Below are positions 10,304-20,079 of a stretch of DNA of 64,000 nt, piece by piece. Made by a program: the position numbers and the translations under genes. The notes beneath the pieces are model-generated. The model did not search any database. It was not told where the DNA came from and saw only the letters and a list, made by a program, of their open reading frames with translations. Within the stretch, counting starts at the first letter, position 1. The number at the start of each line of letters is the position of its first letter. Source of the DNA: Tagaea sp. (GTDB taxonomy: Bacteria > Pseudomonadota > Alphaproteobacteria > CACIAM-22H2); the NCBI GenBank assembly GCA_965279525.1, contig CBDIIB010000005.1, positions 736,001-800,000 of the forward strand, written 5' to 3'.

Positions 10304-11131
10304 ATGCACATCAGCATTGGCGGAACATTGGTCGCTTCTGCCACCTGGAATCCGATCTATTTAAAGAATTGTATCGGATCATATGAACTGTATTTTCCGT
10401 TTTCACTGATCGCGAGCGGCGCAGATCATTCCCTCAGCGCCCAGCTCCATGGTGCTCAGGTCGAGTTAAAGGGAATTTCGGACCGACGGATTGAGCTTGG
10501 CTACGCACGTCCGGAGCATCCAATATCGATCGATGGAGTTAAGCGCGAATGGATGTCGGCCTTCATCCTCCCGCTGTCGCCTCTCCATATCGAAGAGATA
10601 GAAGTGATACGGCGCGATACCGATCTGGATTTCGCACTCGATATTCGAGCCACTGCCCAGAAGGGCGATGAACGGCGACAGATTGATCAGAATGTCTGGC
10701 ACCAGCCGATGCCCCGCTCCAAATGGATCGACATCCTGGCGGCTGCCGGTGCCCACAGCTCCATACTGATAAATGTCGAATGTCCCGTCGCCGCCCGTGA
10801 TCCCGGCCGACAGGCAATTTTCACGCTATTCAAATCAGCTCAAGCCTCATTCATGCGAGGCGCTTATATGGAATGCATATCGACCTGCCGGACTGCTTTG
10901 GAAGCGGTTCAAAAATCGACTGCCAGGAACTTTCAAAATTCGTTTGATCTGTTGAATGGCGATCGCCGCTCGATTGGTAGAACTGAGCGCGAAAACCTTA
11001 TCGGCGCCGCGGTCCTCCTCTACACCCATAAAGCACATCACCTTGATGGCGGGCAGGCGCCTGAATTTGGCCCGAGCGATGCGAAATTCGTTCTCTCCAC
11101 GACGGCGGCAGTGATTCAAAAGCTTAGCTAA
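10304..11131 (+). CDS. Hypothetical protein with C-terminal HEPN/DUF4145-like helical domain
   Basis: C-term AQASFMRGAYMECISTCRTALE...YTHKAHH...DAKFVL resembles the HEPN layout; divergent from the helicase gene. Confidence 0.6.
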   Translation: MHISIGGTLVASATWNPIYLKNCIGSYELYFPFSLIASGADHSLSAQLHGAQVELKGISDRRIELGYARPEHPISIDGVKREWMSAFILPLSPLHIEEIEVIRRDTDLDFALDIRATAQKGDERRQIDQNVWHQPMPRSKWIDILAAAGAHSSILINVECPVAARDPGRQAIFTLFKSAQASFMRGAYMECISTCRTALEAVQKSTARNFQNSFDLLNGDRRSIGRTERENLIGAAVLLYTHKAHHLDGGQAPEFGPSDAKFVLSTTAAVIQKLS

Positions 11132-11262
11132 TATCCGCCAATAGCCCCAAGGCGGCTCGTTCGTTCGCTTAGAATTTCTGTCATTCACGTAAACTGTATT
11201 ATTGACACTAAAGCACGCAAAATCTGGCACCGGTTTATAGCTCTCAGGGGCCGGGCTTGGGC

Positions 11263-13581
11263 CTATAAGGCCGTCGGTCTACAAATGCTCTCGATAGCGT
11301 TGTAATGAACCGCATCACTGGCCTTCATTAATTCAACCAAGGAATTAGCTGCGCGGTCTGCCTCTTCTACAGTCATCGAAGATTGAGTGATCAGATCGTC
11401 GAGGCTATCACCATGCGACTCAACCTGGCTGAGGCGCTCGAGCGCAGCAAACTTTGTCCTGTCAATTTCCGGAGGCAATCCCGACAGGAGCTTCCGGATC
11501 TTCTCGTCCAAGCCGAAGGAACCGGGGACTTTGAATGACAAAAATACATCAAGAACTTTTCGTAGCGCGTTTGGCACAACGAAGAAGTAAGTAGCGGGGT
11601 CGTCAATCTTGCGAATGAAGCGAAGGATAAGGTGAAACAGATAGTGGTACTCAGATTCGTATTCGCGAATGTACTTAGGCATATTCTGGAATCTTGTCCG
11701 GCGATCGGTTTCTCCCGCCTTCTGAAACGAATTTAGAAACACGAGCGCGGCAGCTGGCTCTCTTCCGGTCTCTTCCTTGCTTCTCGCTCTATTCTTGAGC
11801 CACTTCTTAACTTCATTCATGAAGTTAAGGTTATGGGTCAAAATAAAAAGCTGTGAAATCGAATCATCTAATCGCGCCTTAAGCATGCAGAACGCATAGT
11901 TGAGCGCGCCGCTGTCCAAGCTCGAAATCGGATCGTCGAGGACAATGATCAAGTCTTTCAGGCGCCGGCCATCTGCTTCGAGCATTGTCAGGAAGTAGCA
12001 AAGGGCTATGGCGGTCCTTTCTCCTTCGCTGAGCCAGCCGGTCATCGGCGCTCCGCTTCTGAAAATTTCATATCCTTCATCACGAGGCCTGAACTCAATT
12101 TCGGTACGTCCGAGATAGTTCGCAATAAGCTTATTTAAGGTCTCGGCAGCCCCTTGATGCTCTCGCATACGACGCTTGAGGGCATCGATTTCTTCCCTTA
12201 CGGCATCACGCGCGATCTTCTTTTCTTTTGCAGTATCGACGGCGATTTTTTCGCTACTCTCCAGTGAAGCGTACTCTTCATAGTTTTCCCTAAGATAGTG
12301 GCGCCTCAAGGAGTTCTTGGCATGGTCCTGCTCCGTCGCAAAGTCGTCGTGCGCCTTATTATGGGCCCAGATCACATCCACTAAAGTTGCCATGCCGGTA
12401 GAGAGTAGGCGATCAACCTCAATTGAAGTCTCGGCACTGATCACCTTATCGAGATCTATCGCGACGTTCGGGCGACTTAACTTGGCCCTCAAAGCCGAGA
12501 CGAGAGATTCGAGAATCTCAATGCCTTTTCCCCGCGCCGTAGCAACAATCTCTGACGCGGACTTGAAGTCTTCTTGCCTGACTGAAATGTCATTCGAGGA
12601 GTACATCATCAGCGATCGAAATTTCTCCACGGAACGCGTCGTGGCATCGTGAAGGGTCTGAATTCCGGCAATTAGTGCGTCGTACTTGTCGTCAATCGCA
12701 GTCGCAAGGCTCTCCAAGCGGCCATGTGGGATATCACTTGAGCAAAACAAGCATTTCGATAGTTCCTTTGATTGGTGATACGAGATGCCCGTCTTGATCC
12801 ACGGCAGCATCGACTCGTTATCCTTTAGCTCTTTAAGCGAAATCGATCCGAGCGTAACGGCGAGACGATCACGGCACTCACTGACGAGCTCGGAGATAAA
12901 TAGATCTTCGAATGTTGGAACAACCAGCTTTGGCAGTGGCGCTGCTCGATCGGCAAGCGCTACGTAGCCCTTGATCTGGGCTTCGGTCACCTGAAGTGAA
13001 GTGCCAACGTCCGGATCTTCGCTGTAGGCCTTTGCAAGTTGAGTTGCATTAAATTTTCGCGCGCCTTGACGAGCATTCGCCTCGATGCTTCGAGCCATTG
13101 CCGTTTTTCTTGTCTCAAACGCCTTACTGGCTTCGCGCTGAGCTTTGTCTGCTCTCTCGTATTCTTCTTCGAGATCCGGGAGTTTTTTTTCCAAAGTTTC
13201 GCGCTGTTTTGCGAGATCAGCTTGCGCCTTTCCAATAAAGTAAATCGGACTTGCGCTTCCTGAAGTCCACTGGAGATTCTCGTCCACGAAATCACCATTG
13301 AACACAAGAATGCGGTCTTTCAAGCGATCAAGATTGCGGTCGCTTTGAATCTCAGATGCATCGTCAAGTGAGAATTTGAAGCCAGATTCGGGAGGCAGCT
13401 TGTCGGCTATTGCACCTTTCTGAATTGATGCAAAAACCCGTGATAGCGACGTCTTTCCAGAACCATTGAATCCATAAATGAGATTGTAGCGTTTGAACTC
13501 AGGCAGATCAGACACGACCGCAGGATCCCGAAATACATGAATGCCTGTAATCGATGAAATCTTGGAAATGATCGGCGGCAT
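11263..13581 (-). CDS. rloC: RloC-like anticodon nuclease (AAA_13 ABC-ATPase, zinc hook, HEPN)
   Basis: GFNGSGKT Walker A, CLFC zinc hook in coiled coil, LSEGE signature, LDDPISSLD Walker B, LTHN, ESEYHYLF, PNALRKVL, Rx6H (RLSQVESH); GGAGG RBS before ATG 13581. Confidence 0.88.
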   Translation of the reverse strand: MPPIISKISSITGIHVFRDPAVVSDLPEFKRYNLIYGFNGSGKTSLSRVFASIQKGAIADKLPPESGFKFSLDDASEIQSDRNLDRLKDRILVFNGDFVDENLQWTSGSASPIYFIGKAQADLAKQRETLEKKLPDLEEEYERADKAQREASKAFETRKTAMARSIEANARQGARKFNATQLAKAYSEDPDVGTSLQVTEAQIKGYVALADRAAPLPKLVVPTFEDLFISELVSECRDRLAVTLGSISLKELKDNESMLPWIKTGISYHQSKELSKCLFCSSDIPHGRLESLATAIDDKYDALIAGIQTLHDATTRSVEKFRSLMMYSSNDISVRQEDFKSASEIVATARGKGIEILESLVSALRAKLSRPNVAIDLDKVISAETSIEVDRLLSTGMATLVDVIWAHNKAHDDFATEQDHAKNSLRRHYLRENYEEYASLESSEKIAVDTAKEKKIARDAVREEIDALKRRMREHQGAAETLNKLIANYLGRTEIEFRPRDEGYEIFRSGAPMTGWLSEGERTAIALCYFLTMLEADGRRLKDLIIVLDDPISSLDSGALNYAFCMLKARLDDSISQLFILTHNLNFMNEVKKWLKNRARSKEETGREPAAALVFLNSFQKAGETDRRTRFQNMPKYIREYESEYHYLFHLILRFIRKIDDPATYFFVVPNALRKVLDVFLSFKVPGSFGLDEKIRKLLSGLPPEIDRTKFAALERLSQVESHGDSLDDLITQSSMTVEEADRAANSLVELMKASDAVHYNAIESICRPTAL

Positions 13582-13715
13582 AGATTTCGTCCCTCCGGAG
13601 AAGGGTACGCTCCAAGATTGCGCAATTTGTGTCAACATACATCTGTAATGTGGGAACCTGGTTGCGTGCTCTGGGCATCGAAGCGAGGAATCTGCCTCCG
13701 TAATTCTTATCGTTC

Positions 13716-13811
13716 GGTAGGGGGCCAGGGATTCGAACCCTGCCGTTCCAGGCTATCTGCCCAGTCTCGCGCGAGTATAAGCCGCGCCCGCACTTACCAG
13801 TGCTGCCCCCC
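13716..13811 (-). tRNA. Non-canonical tRNA-like gene, anticodon UAU (Ile-type), long variable arm
   Basis: Minus strand: GGGGGGC A GCAC TGGTAA GTGC GG GCGCGG CT-TAT-AC TCGCGC [GAGA CTGGGC AGATA GCCTGG AACGG] CAGGG TTCGAAT CCCTG GCCCCCT A CCG; 7-bp acceptor, 4-bp D, 6-bp anticodon and 5-bp T stems all pair. Confidence 0.85.
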
Positions 13812-13836
13812 AAAGGAACACGATGTTGCTGCAGGC

Positions 13837-15879
13837 TTAGGGCCTCGGACGACGATCCGGATCGTTCTTCCCGATCGTGAAATTGTTCCGCAGCGCCCCT
13901 TTGTCGTGGAGTTCCTTGCGATCCATGACCCGGAATTCCTTTGGAATGTCCTTCCGCGGATAGAAGCGCGTCGGCATCCCCCGCAGCGAGAGCGGCTTAA
14001 TACGGAAGAACGTGCAACTTCCGACGATAAGGTCGGGATGGATTTTTCGACCGGGCTGCTTATCCTCATAGGTCCGCCGCAGCTTGTTCTGCGAGATGTA
14101 CTGCCGGTCGAACGCGTCGAGATCCCCCGTGAGGACACGCGCTGCAGGCCCGCCATGCAGGTCGCGGTATTCCTGCAAATACCCATCGCGAATTAGTGCT
14201 GAGACTGCTGTCTTATCGACCATCAGCCGCTTGGCAACCTGTTCCAGAGAGTGGGTCGGATTTTTGATCCCCATCTCCGCGTAGGCCCATTTGTGGGCAC
14301 TATCCCGATCGAAGATCATGCGCTCAAGGAGGTTGTGCTCCTCGGGATCGAACTTGATCGGGATCAGCTTCCCGCTCAGCACCGCGCTCACGACGGTCGA
14401 CCACGGATAGTCGACATTCTTCTTCAGCATTTCGACGACGACCTTCGTCGTGACCTGGGTGCCCGAGATGAGCATGGGGCGGACACTCGCCTCGAGTGCC
14501 GTAGCGATGGCGTCAATCTCCGCGCGCCGGTATAGCGCCTTAGCCATGCCGACCAGACGCAGGTACTCCGGCTCCACCTGCTTGAGCAGGCCGCTGTCGC
14601 ATAGATCGGCCACGACATCGTGCCTCAGGCGCCATTCTCCCCGGAGGGTTCGCGCGGAGATCATGCTCTGTAGGGCCGACATCACCTCATCGACCTTCTT
14701 CCGGCTGATCCGGAGAGGCGTACCGCTTCCCTGCCCCTCGGACAGCAGAACACCGGGGAATTTCAGGAGCTCGGTGATCCGTCGGTGGCTCCAGCCGTAC
14801 TTGGCCTTCACGTCCCGGAGCATGATGCCGTCGGAAACGTCCCCGACGGCTTCGGCCAGCGGGGTACCGGCTTTCAGGGAGATTTCGGGATGTGCCTCGA
14901 GAAAGGACCGGACGGCCGGAACGACCACGGCCCAGATCTCAGCTTCTGCACTCCATTCCCGCAGCAGGATCTGGAAGTAGCCGAATGCCTTCTTGGTCCC
15001 GTAGGCGCCAGCCCGCTCCTCCGAGATCATCTTCTCCTCCTCCAGATAGCCAAGGAGGGCATCCGGCCAGCCCGTGGCGATCTGGTAGGCGTGCAGCACG
15101 GCCTGGGACCAGTCGAGATGCGTGGTCCGGTGTCCCGGCTTCCTGGGCTCGATCAAGCGATCGACCGCGTTCTTTGGCCTCCGAGCGGCCTTCTCCTCGT
15201 CCATGCCAGCGGCCAGCGAGAACACGAACTTGAAGAGCCTACCGGTACCAAGATCCCGGATCTCGGGTGCCAGAGCCTCGCTGGCAGCCTTGGCCCGCTC
15301 GGGATCGAGGGATACGAGGTCGGCAAGCCCGGCAATCGCCACCCGGGTATCTTCGTCGACCTGATCGGGGGCCCCCGCCGCGATCGGCTCCCCACAGGCG
15401 TGGCAGGTCAGGAAGTCCGACTTGCCCCAGGAGAACTCAGTATCGCAGTGCGGGCAGGCCCCGATCAGACGCTCACCGTTCGCCGGATCGGCGATGACGA
15501 AGGTCAGGTCCCAGGACATCCGATGAATGCCCGTCGCTCTGAAGTCATGGGGTGCGATCCGGGGTGAGCCCCCGGAGAACACCGCCCGCTCGATCCAGTT
15601 CCCAGCGAAGCAGACCAGACTGACGAACTCCGGGACCGCCTCATAGCGACGCCGATCCAGCTCGGCTTTGGACACACCCAACCGCGCTGCGACTGCCTCC
15701 AGGCCGGCCCCCGTCCGGTGGAACTCAGACAGGCTGCGGGCTTCCGCCTCCGTCGCCGGGAGGATCGAAGACGGCCCCGGCAGTACGAGATCCTTAGCGA
15801 CGCGAAGGAAGTAGCCGTTGAGGCTCTCGTCCGGCTGCAGAGAGAGCGTGATGGAGAAGGCGGTCGTGATCTTATCCAT
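13837..15879 (-). CDS. tniQ: TniQ/TnsD-like target selector, 680 aa, with long HTH-containing C-terminus
   Basis: N-term PDESLNGYFLRVA, zinc finger CPHC...CHAC, C-terminal wHTH-like SLEQVAKRLMVDKTAVSALIRDGYL; last gene of the tns operon. Confidence 0.9.
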   Translation of the reverse strand: MDKITTAFSITLSLQPDESLNGYFLRVAKDLVLPGPSSILPATEAEARSLSEFHRTGAGLEAVAARLGVSKAELDRRRYEAVPEFVSLVCFAGNWIERAVFSGGSPRIAPHDFRATGIHRMSWDLTFVIADPANGERLIGACPHCDTEFSWGKSDFLTCHACGEPIAAGAPDQVDEDTRVAIAGLADLVSLDPERAKAASEALAPEIRDLGTGRLFKFVFSLAAGMDEEKAARRPKNAVDRLIEPRKPGHRTTHLDWSQAVLHAYQIATGWPDALLGYLEEEKMISEERAGAYGTKKAFGYFQILLREWSAEAEIWAVVVPAVRSFLEAHPEISLKAGTPLAEAVGDVSDGIMLRDVKAKYGWSHRRITELLKFPGVLLSEGQGSGTPLRISRKKVDEVMSALQSMISARTLRGEWRLRHDVVADLCDSGLLKQVEPEYLRLVGMAKALYRRAEIDAIATALEASVRPMLISGTQVTTKVVVEMLKKNVDYPWSTVVSAVLSGKLIPIKFDPEEHNLLERMIFDRDSAHKWAYAEMGIKNPTHSLEQVAKRLMVDKTAVSALIRDGYLQEYRDLHGGPAARVLTGDLDAFDRQYISQNKLRRTYEDKQPGRKIHPDLIVGSCTFFRIKPLSLRGMPTRFYPRKDIPKEFRVMDRKELHDKGALRNNFTIGKNDPDRRPRP

Positions 15880-15881
15880 CG

Positions 15882-16925
15882 TTACGTCTCCTCATCGACG
15901 GTATCGTCATTCGTCGATCCGTCCCGAGCACCGCTACCCCGATTCCGGGTCGTGAGTTCGCCAGCCGCCGAGCGGAGCGCCTTCTCCGATTTTGTCATCT
16001 TGCGAGTAGGCTTCTTCTTTCTCGACGTCGCATCGTCAACCTCGTAGCCCTCCTCCTGATCAGGTAGGAGAGCGCACACGGCTGTTTGGATTGCGTCCTC
16101 GTCGACCCCGGCGCGCTTCCTACTGCGCGCCTCACGGGAAGCTTCTTCGACGAGGTTGAAGATCCATCCGAAAAGCCCATTTGTGTAGGCGAGCATACGG
16201 CTCGCGACTTCCTCACTGCAGAGGTAGTCGGTGTCCGGGCATCCGAAGGCCTTCGAGTACTCGTTGAGAACACTCCGGAACTCGATGAATTCCGAAGCCT
16301 TCAGTTCCTCCCCGCCACTACGTCGGAAGTCCGGGTTCTGCGTGTCGCAGAACCCACGCAACCGAATGTTACGAATACGGCGGCGACGAACCTGCTCGTC
16401 CATCTGGATGACCATCTCGGATTCTTCGACACCGGCCATGACGATCCCGATCCTGGCATCATTCATCAGGCCTTTGATCGCATCACATACACCGGCCCGA
16501 TCTGTTCCGACCTTTCTGGTCAGATGCTGGAATTCATCCAGAACCAGCACGCGCACACCATGGTGCTTGAGGAAATGGACAAGCCGATTCCGGCGACTTC
16601 CGTTCGTCTCTCTGTTCAAGGTAGGTGCACCCAGCACAGTCAGAATTTCATCGTAGAATCCTTGCAGCGACGGATTGCTCGGCACCTTCACATAGGAAAC
16701 CGGCCGGATCGGTCGACCATTCTCTGTGCAGGGTGGGTGAAGCTCTACGAAGCTTTCGAGAATCGTCGATTTTCCACTACCTGCAGGTCCAATGACGGAA
16801 GCACATCGACCCTCGCGCCCATCGACTGCGACTTCGTAGAACCGCTCGAGATCCGACATCGCCCGCGTGAACTGACGCGTGTCGAGAACCATCGCATGAA
16901 CCTGTTTCCGAAGTGCTTCATCCAT
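15882..16925 (-). CDS. tnsC: TnsC/TniB AAA+ transposition ATPase
   Basis: Walker A GPAGSGKST, Walker B LVLDEFQHL, QVRRR arginine finger, TNGLFG. Confidence 0.92.
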   Translation of the reverse strand: MDEALRKQVHAMVLDTRQFTRAMSDLERFYEVAVDGREGRCASVIGPAGSGKSTILESFVELHPPCTENGRPIRPVSYVKVPSNPSLQGFYDEILTVLGAPTLNRETNGSRRNRLVHFLKHHGVRVLVLDEFQHLTRKVGTDRAGVCDAIKGLMNDARIGIVMAGVEESEMVIQMDEQVRRRRIRNIRLRGFCDTQNPDFRRSGGEELKASEFIEFRSVLNEYSKAFGCPDTDYLCSEEVASRMLAYTNGLFGWIFNLVEEASREARSRKRAGVDEDAIQTAVCALLPDQEEGYEVDDATSRKKKPTRKMTKSEKALRSAAGELTTRNRGSGARDGSTNDDTVDEET

Positions 16926-16942
16926 AGCTGGTCTCCTCGTGG

Positions 16943-19000
16943 TTACTTGGGTTGAAGGGACGTCTTCTTGAAGGTGTAGAGCGGAGCCTGAGCCGAGCTG
17001 GCCGAAGTGCCTGACGCCTTACGAACTTTGCCGGCGTGCCGCTTCACCGAGGGGATCGGCGTCGAAGCACCCGCGGTAGGCTTTGCTACTCGATGCCTTC
17101 CCGGCTCGTTCGACGGAGCTTCAGGGTTGAGCTTCCTCGGCCTACGTCGATTGATCTTGCCGATGTCTCTCATGATCTCCGCGCGAGCACGGCGATACTC
17201 CTGGTCCGTTCCGGGGGCTTTCTTGGACTTGAGACGTGCCTCGATCAGCCGGTGCATCCGCAGGGAAACACCTTCTCGCTTGCTCGGATCGACGGCGGGA
17301 ATCTCGACAAGTTGTCCAGATGCCGAATCCAGAACGAAGATCTTTCCGACGTCGTTCGGATCAAGGAGCGCTTCGACTACAGGATTCCGACGATGGTAGG
17401 CATGTGCATGGATGCGGATGCGCTCAACGGCGACACCGCCATATAGGATGCCCTCGACCCGGATTCCTGACCGGGTCGCCACGCTCTTTTGGCTCAGCAT
17501 GGTTGCTTCGCGGATTTCTCGTGCCGACAGTTTCACAGGCGGCGGAAACTTGACGCTCAAGTCATTCCAAGCTTGAAGGGGCGAACACCGAAGCGTGGAG
17601 TGGGGCTTCTTGTGATACAAGTCGCAGATGGTTCGTGCGATTAAGCTGTCAAGCTCTGCGAACGTCATACGGGCGTTTTCTTCCGGCTTACGATCAGCTT
17701 TCGCCGCGACATTGCTTTTCGTCGTACCGGCAATTCGATGAAGCAGGAAAGAGCAGAAAGACCCGAAGATTCTCTCGACCCTGGACTTCATATTGGGCGC
17801 ACGGGGCGGCAAGATGACAAAGTCGATATCGAGATTCCGCAGCGCTTCCTGAACTGCATGGCTCAGGAAGTCCTTTCCCCGATCGGTCACCAGCTCGATA
17901 GGAACGCCGAAGATAGGCCAGTCCGACTTAACGCCGAGTGAGTTCAGGAAAGCTCGCGTTTTCGGGAGCATCGCGAAGCGGAGTGTGGCCAGAACAGCAG
18001 AGGCATCCGGCGCTGCGACGTCGAGCAAATATCCGGGGATCATTCTGGTTTTATGGTCAATGATGGCCGTAAGCCAGACACGCCCGACAGTGACGCAGCC
18101 CTCGTCATCGAGGATATCCAGATCGATTTTTGTATGGTCGATCTCCCAGCGTGCCATTGGACCAAGAGAGTCGGGCCCGGCCATCGACTGCTTGTAGTTG
18201 AAGCGGGCGATCCGCTTTCCTTCTTCATGTTCCAGGCGCCGCAACCCACCCATCGCCTCGAGGCGACGCTTGATCGTCGAAATCGAGGGCCGCGGCCCTG
18301 TTGAAAGACGAGCATCTCGAGAGATCTTCTCGTGGAGATCTGTTTCGATTAGAGCGATTGCTCCTGCATAGTTTGCCTCATCTGCGTCGAAGTAGTGTTC
18401 GGCGCATAGTTCGGCCATCCAGATCTCGATCAGCGGATCGCAACGAGGACCACTCGTTCCACGAAGATGGAATTGGGGCACAAGGAGACTTTTGTTGGCA
18501 CTTTTCCACGCCTGTTTGATCCATCTGTAGATGGTTGCACGCGATGGAGCGTTCCGACCTTGCAGCCATTTCGGGTAGCCAGTTTTTTCGAAGTGCGTCT
18601 GGTGAATTTCGAGGGCTTTTTCCTTGGTGAATGCTGAGATTGTCCCGTTGGGTTCGATCGAACCGAACGCTTTGACGAAAGCCGCACGATAATTGGCGTG
18701 CTCTGCGTATGTCACACCACTGACGGTTCTTCGAAGAAGCGCCGTCATGAACGTGTCTTTGCGTACTCCGACTTTAGTCGGCGCCACATTGACGACGATC
18801 TTCTCGTCCATGAATTTCGTCATGAACTCGTCACGCGTTAGCTGGAAGTGGCGTCCGGTTCTGAGTGAGACGAACGTGACACTTCCGCCCGGGTTCTCCC
18901 CGCTGATGCGACATTGTTCCCCGTCGATCTCGAACGAGCTTCCGAGGCGAAAGCCGAACGCGACAGTGGGAACCGGAGGGAACGAATTTCGGGTAGACAT
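16943..19000 (-). CDS. tnsB: TnsB/TniA DDE transposase (Mu-like C-terminus)
   Basis: WEIDHT (D), VTDRGKDF (D), KSRVERIF (E), YHKKPHSTL, HTH APSRATIYRW. Confidence 0.93.
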   Translation of the reverse strand: MSTRNSFPPVPTVAFGFRLGSSFEIDGEQCRISGENPGGSVTFVSLRTGRHFQLTRDEFMTKFMDEKIVVNVAPTKVGVRKDTFMTALLRRTVSGVTYAEHANYRAAFVKAFGSIEPNGTISAFTKEKALEIHQTHFEKTGYPKWLQGRNAPSRATIYRWIKQAWKSANKSLLVPQFHLRGTSGPRCDPLIEIWMAELCAEHYFDADEANYAGAIALIETDLHEKISRDARLSTGPRPSISTIKRRLEAMGGLRRLEHEEGKRIARFNYKQSMAGPDSLGPMARWEIDHTKIDLDILDDEGCVTVGRVWLTAIIDHKTRMIPGYLLDVAAPDASAVLATLRFAMLPKTRAFLNSLGVKSDWPIFGVPIELVTDRGKDFLSHAVQEALRNLDIDFVILPPRAPNMKSRVERIFGSFCSFLLHRIAGTTKSNVAAKADRKPEENARMTFAELDSLIARTICDLYHKKPHSTLRCSPLQAWNDLSVKFPPPVKLSAREIREATMLSQKSVATRSGIRVEGILYGGVAVERIRIHAHAYHRRNPVVEALLDPNDVGKIFVLDSASGQLVEIPAVDPSKREGVSLRMHRLIEARLKSKKAPGTDQEYRRARAEIMRDIGKINRRRPRKLNPEAPSNEPGRHRVAKPTAGASTPIPSVKRHAGKVRKASGTSASSAQAPLYTFKKTSLQPK

Positions 19001-19069
19001 CGGTTACTCCAGGCAAAGCTCGGGTGTGGCTCAGGTTGAGCTTTCATTTCGGGTGCAGGACTTGGCTTG

Positions 19070-19834
19070 TTAGGCGGAAACTATCAGGCGGCTTTCGAGA
19101 CCGAGTTTGGCCTCCATGTCCGTATCGAGGACTTGCCTGGCGACAAGGGCGTAGATGTCAACCTCATGCACGGCGTCGGCGCGGAATACTTCGACGATCT
19201 TGCGTACAGTCACGTTCGGGTACCGCTTGATCGTTGCCCTGATACTGGCGACCATCGGCGCTTCTACACGTCGGTTCCGATAGTGCCAGAGCAGTTTCCG
19301 GTTGGAGTACTGGGGCTCGATCCGGATTTCTCGCTCTGTCAGAACACGATATGACCAGCCGAGTTGCTCGAAAACCTCGCGCTCTCCTCGGAAGCGCGGG
19401 TTCTCGCGTAGATGTTTCTCGAACGTGGAAAAGGTCTTGATCTGAACGATTTCGAACCGTCCACCGATCAGCCTCAGTTCGACGTCCGGATATGTCGAGA
19501 CAACCTTCTCTCCGACCTCGTAGACCACCGTGAAGGGCTGCGTAGTGTAGGAAACGACGCCCCTGTCGAAGTGGAACATCTTGAAGGCATCGGCCTCCAG
19601 GCCCGATTCGGCTTCTCCGATACCGATCGATTTTGGACTTGCGATCCTCTGCGTTGGTCGAATTCCATAGCCTGGCCTGACCTCCCGGGATGGTTTTCCG
19701 TCAGCCGCTTGCACGATGCTGCCGCAGACACCTTCCGAGGTTCGGAATCGCAGGATGTATTTGCCTTCGACTGGGCCCTTCGCAAAGCGAAACGGCCCCT
19801 CTGAAGGTTTGCTTTTGTGACGTGACTTTGACAT
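19070..19834 (-). CDS. tnsA: TnsA endonuclease
   Basis: ESGLE, QPF, YPD...VQIK PD-(D/E)xK-type motifs, GWSYRVLTEREI, C-terminal wHTH. Confidence 0.88.
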   Translation of the reverse strand: MSKSRHKSKPSEGPFRFAKGPVEGKYILRFRTSEGVCGSIVQAADGKPSREVRPGYGIRPTQRIASPKSIGIGEAESGLEADAFKMFHFDRGVVSYTTQPFTVVYEVGEKVVSTYPDVELRLIGGRFEIVQIKTFSTFEKHLRENPRFRGEREVFEQLGWSYRVLTEREIRIEPQYSNRKLLWHYRNRRVEAPMVASIRATIKRYPNVTVRKIVEVFRADAVHEVDIYALVARQVLDTDMEAKLGLESRLIVSA

Positions 19835-19974
19835 CAGAACCTCTCCTGCTCGATATCGCCAGGACCAGTACCGGACATGCGCAGACGGTCTTCGGCGTCG
19901 CCGGAAGTTCGATCTGTCAGGTCTGGAAGGTCGCCAGTCGGCCCAGGGGCCGACGCCTCACGCGTCGCCGCTGG

Positions 19975-20079
19975 TTAGCGGGATATCGAGATCAGGTGAG
20001 GAAGGGCGCGGTTCATGATGGAAACGTTGTACCTGAAATTTTCGGAAGTTTCAACAATCCGATTCAACGTGGCAGACAT
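19975..20079 (-). CDS. Putative 34-aa small protein upstream of tnsA
   Basis: AAAGGAGAG RBS 5 nt before ATG; MSATLNRIVETSENFRYNVSIMNRALPHLISISR. Confidence 0.4.
   Translation of the reverse strand: MSATLNRIVETSENFRYNVSIMNRALPHLISISR

Noticed and set aside
13716-13745. tRNA 3' fragment as an integrase att scar
   Set aside because: The whole cloverleaf is present and pairs, and there is no integrase or duplicate copy in the window.
19430-19490. TnsA inactivated by Q in place of E (QIK)
   Set aside because: Canonical Tn7 TnsA also has QxK at this position.
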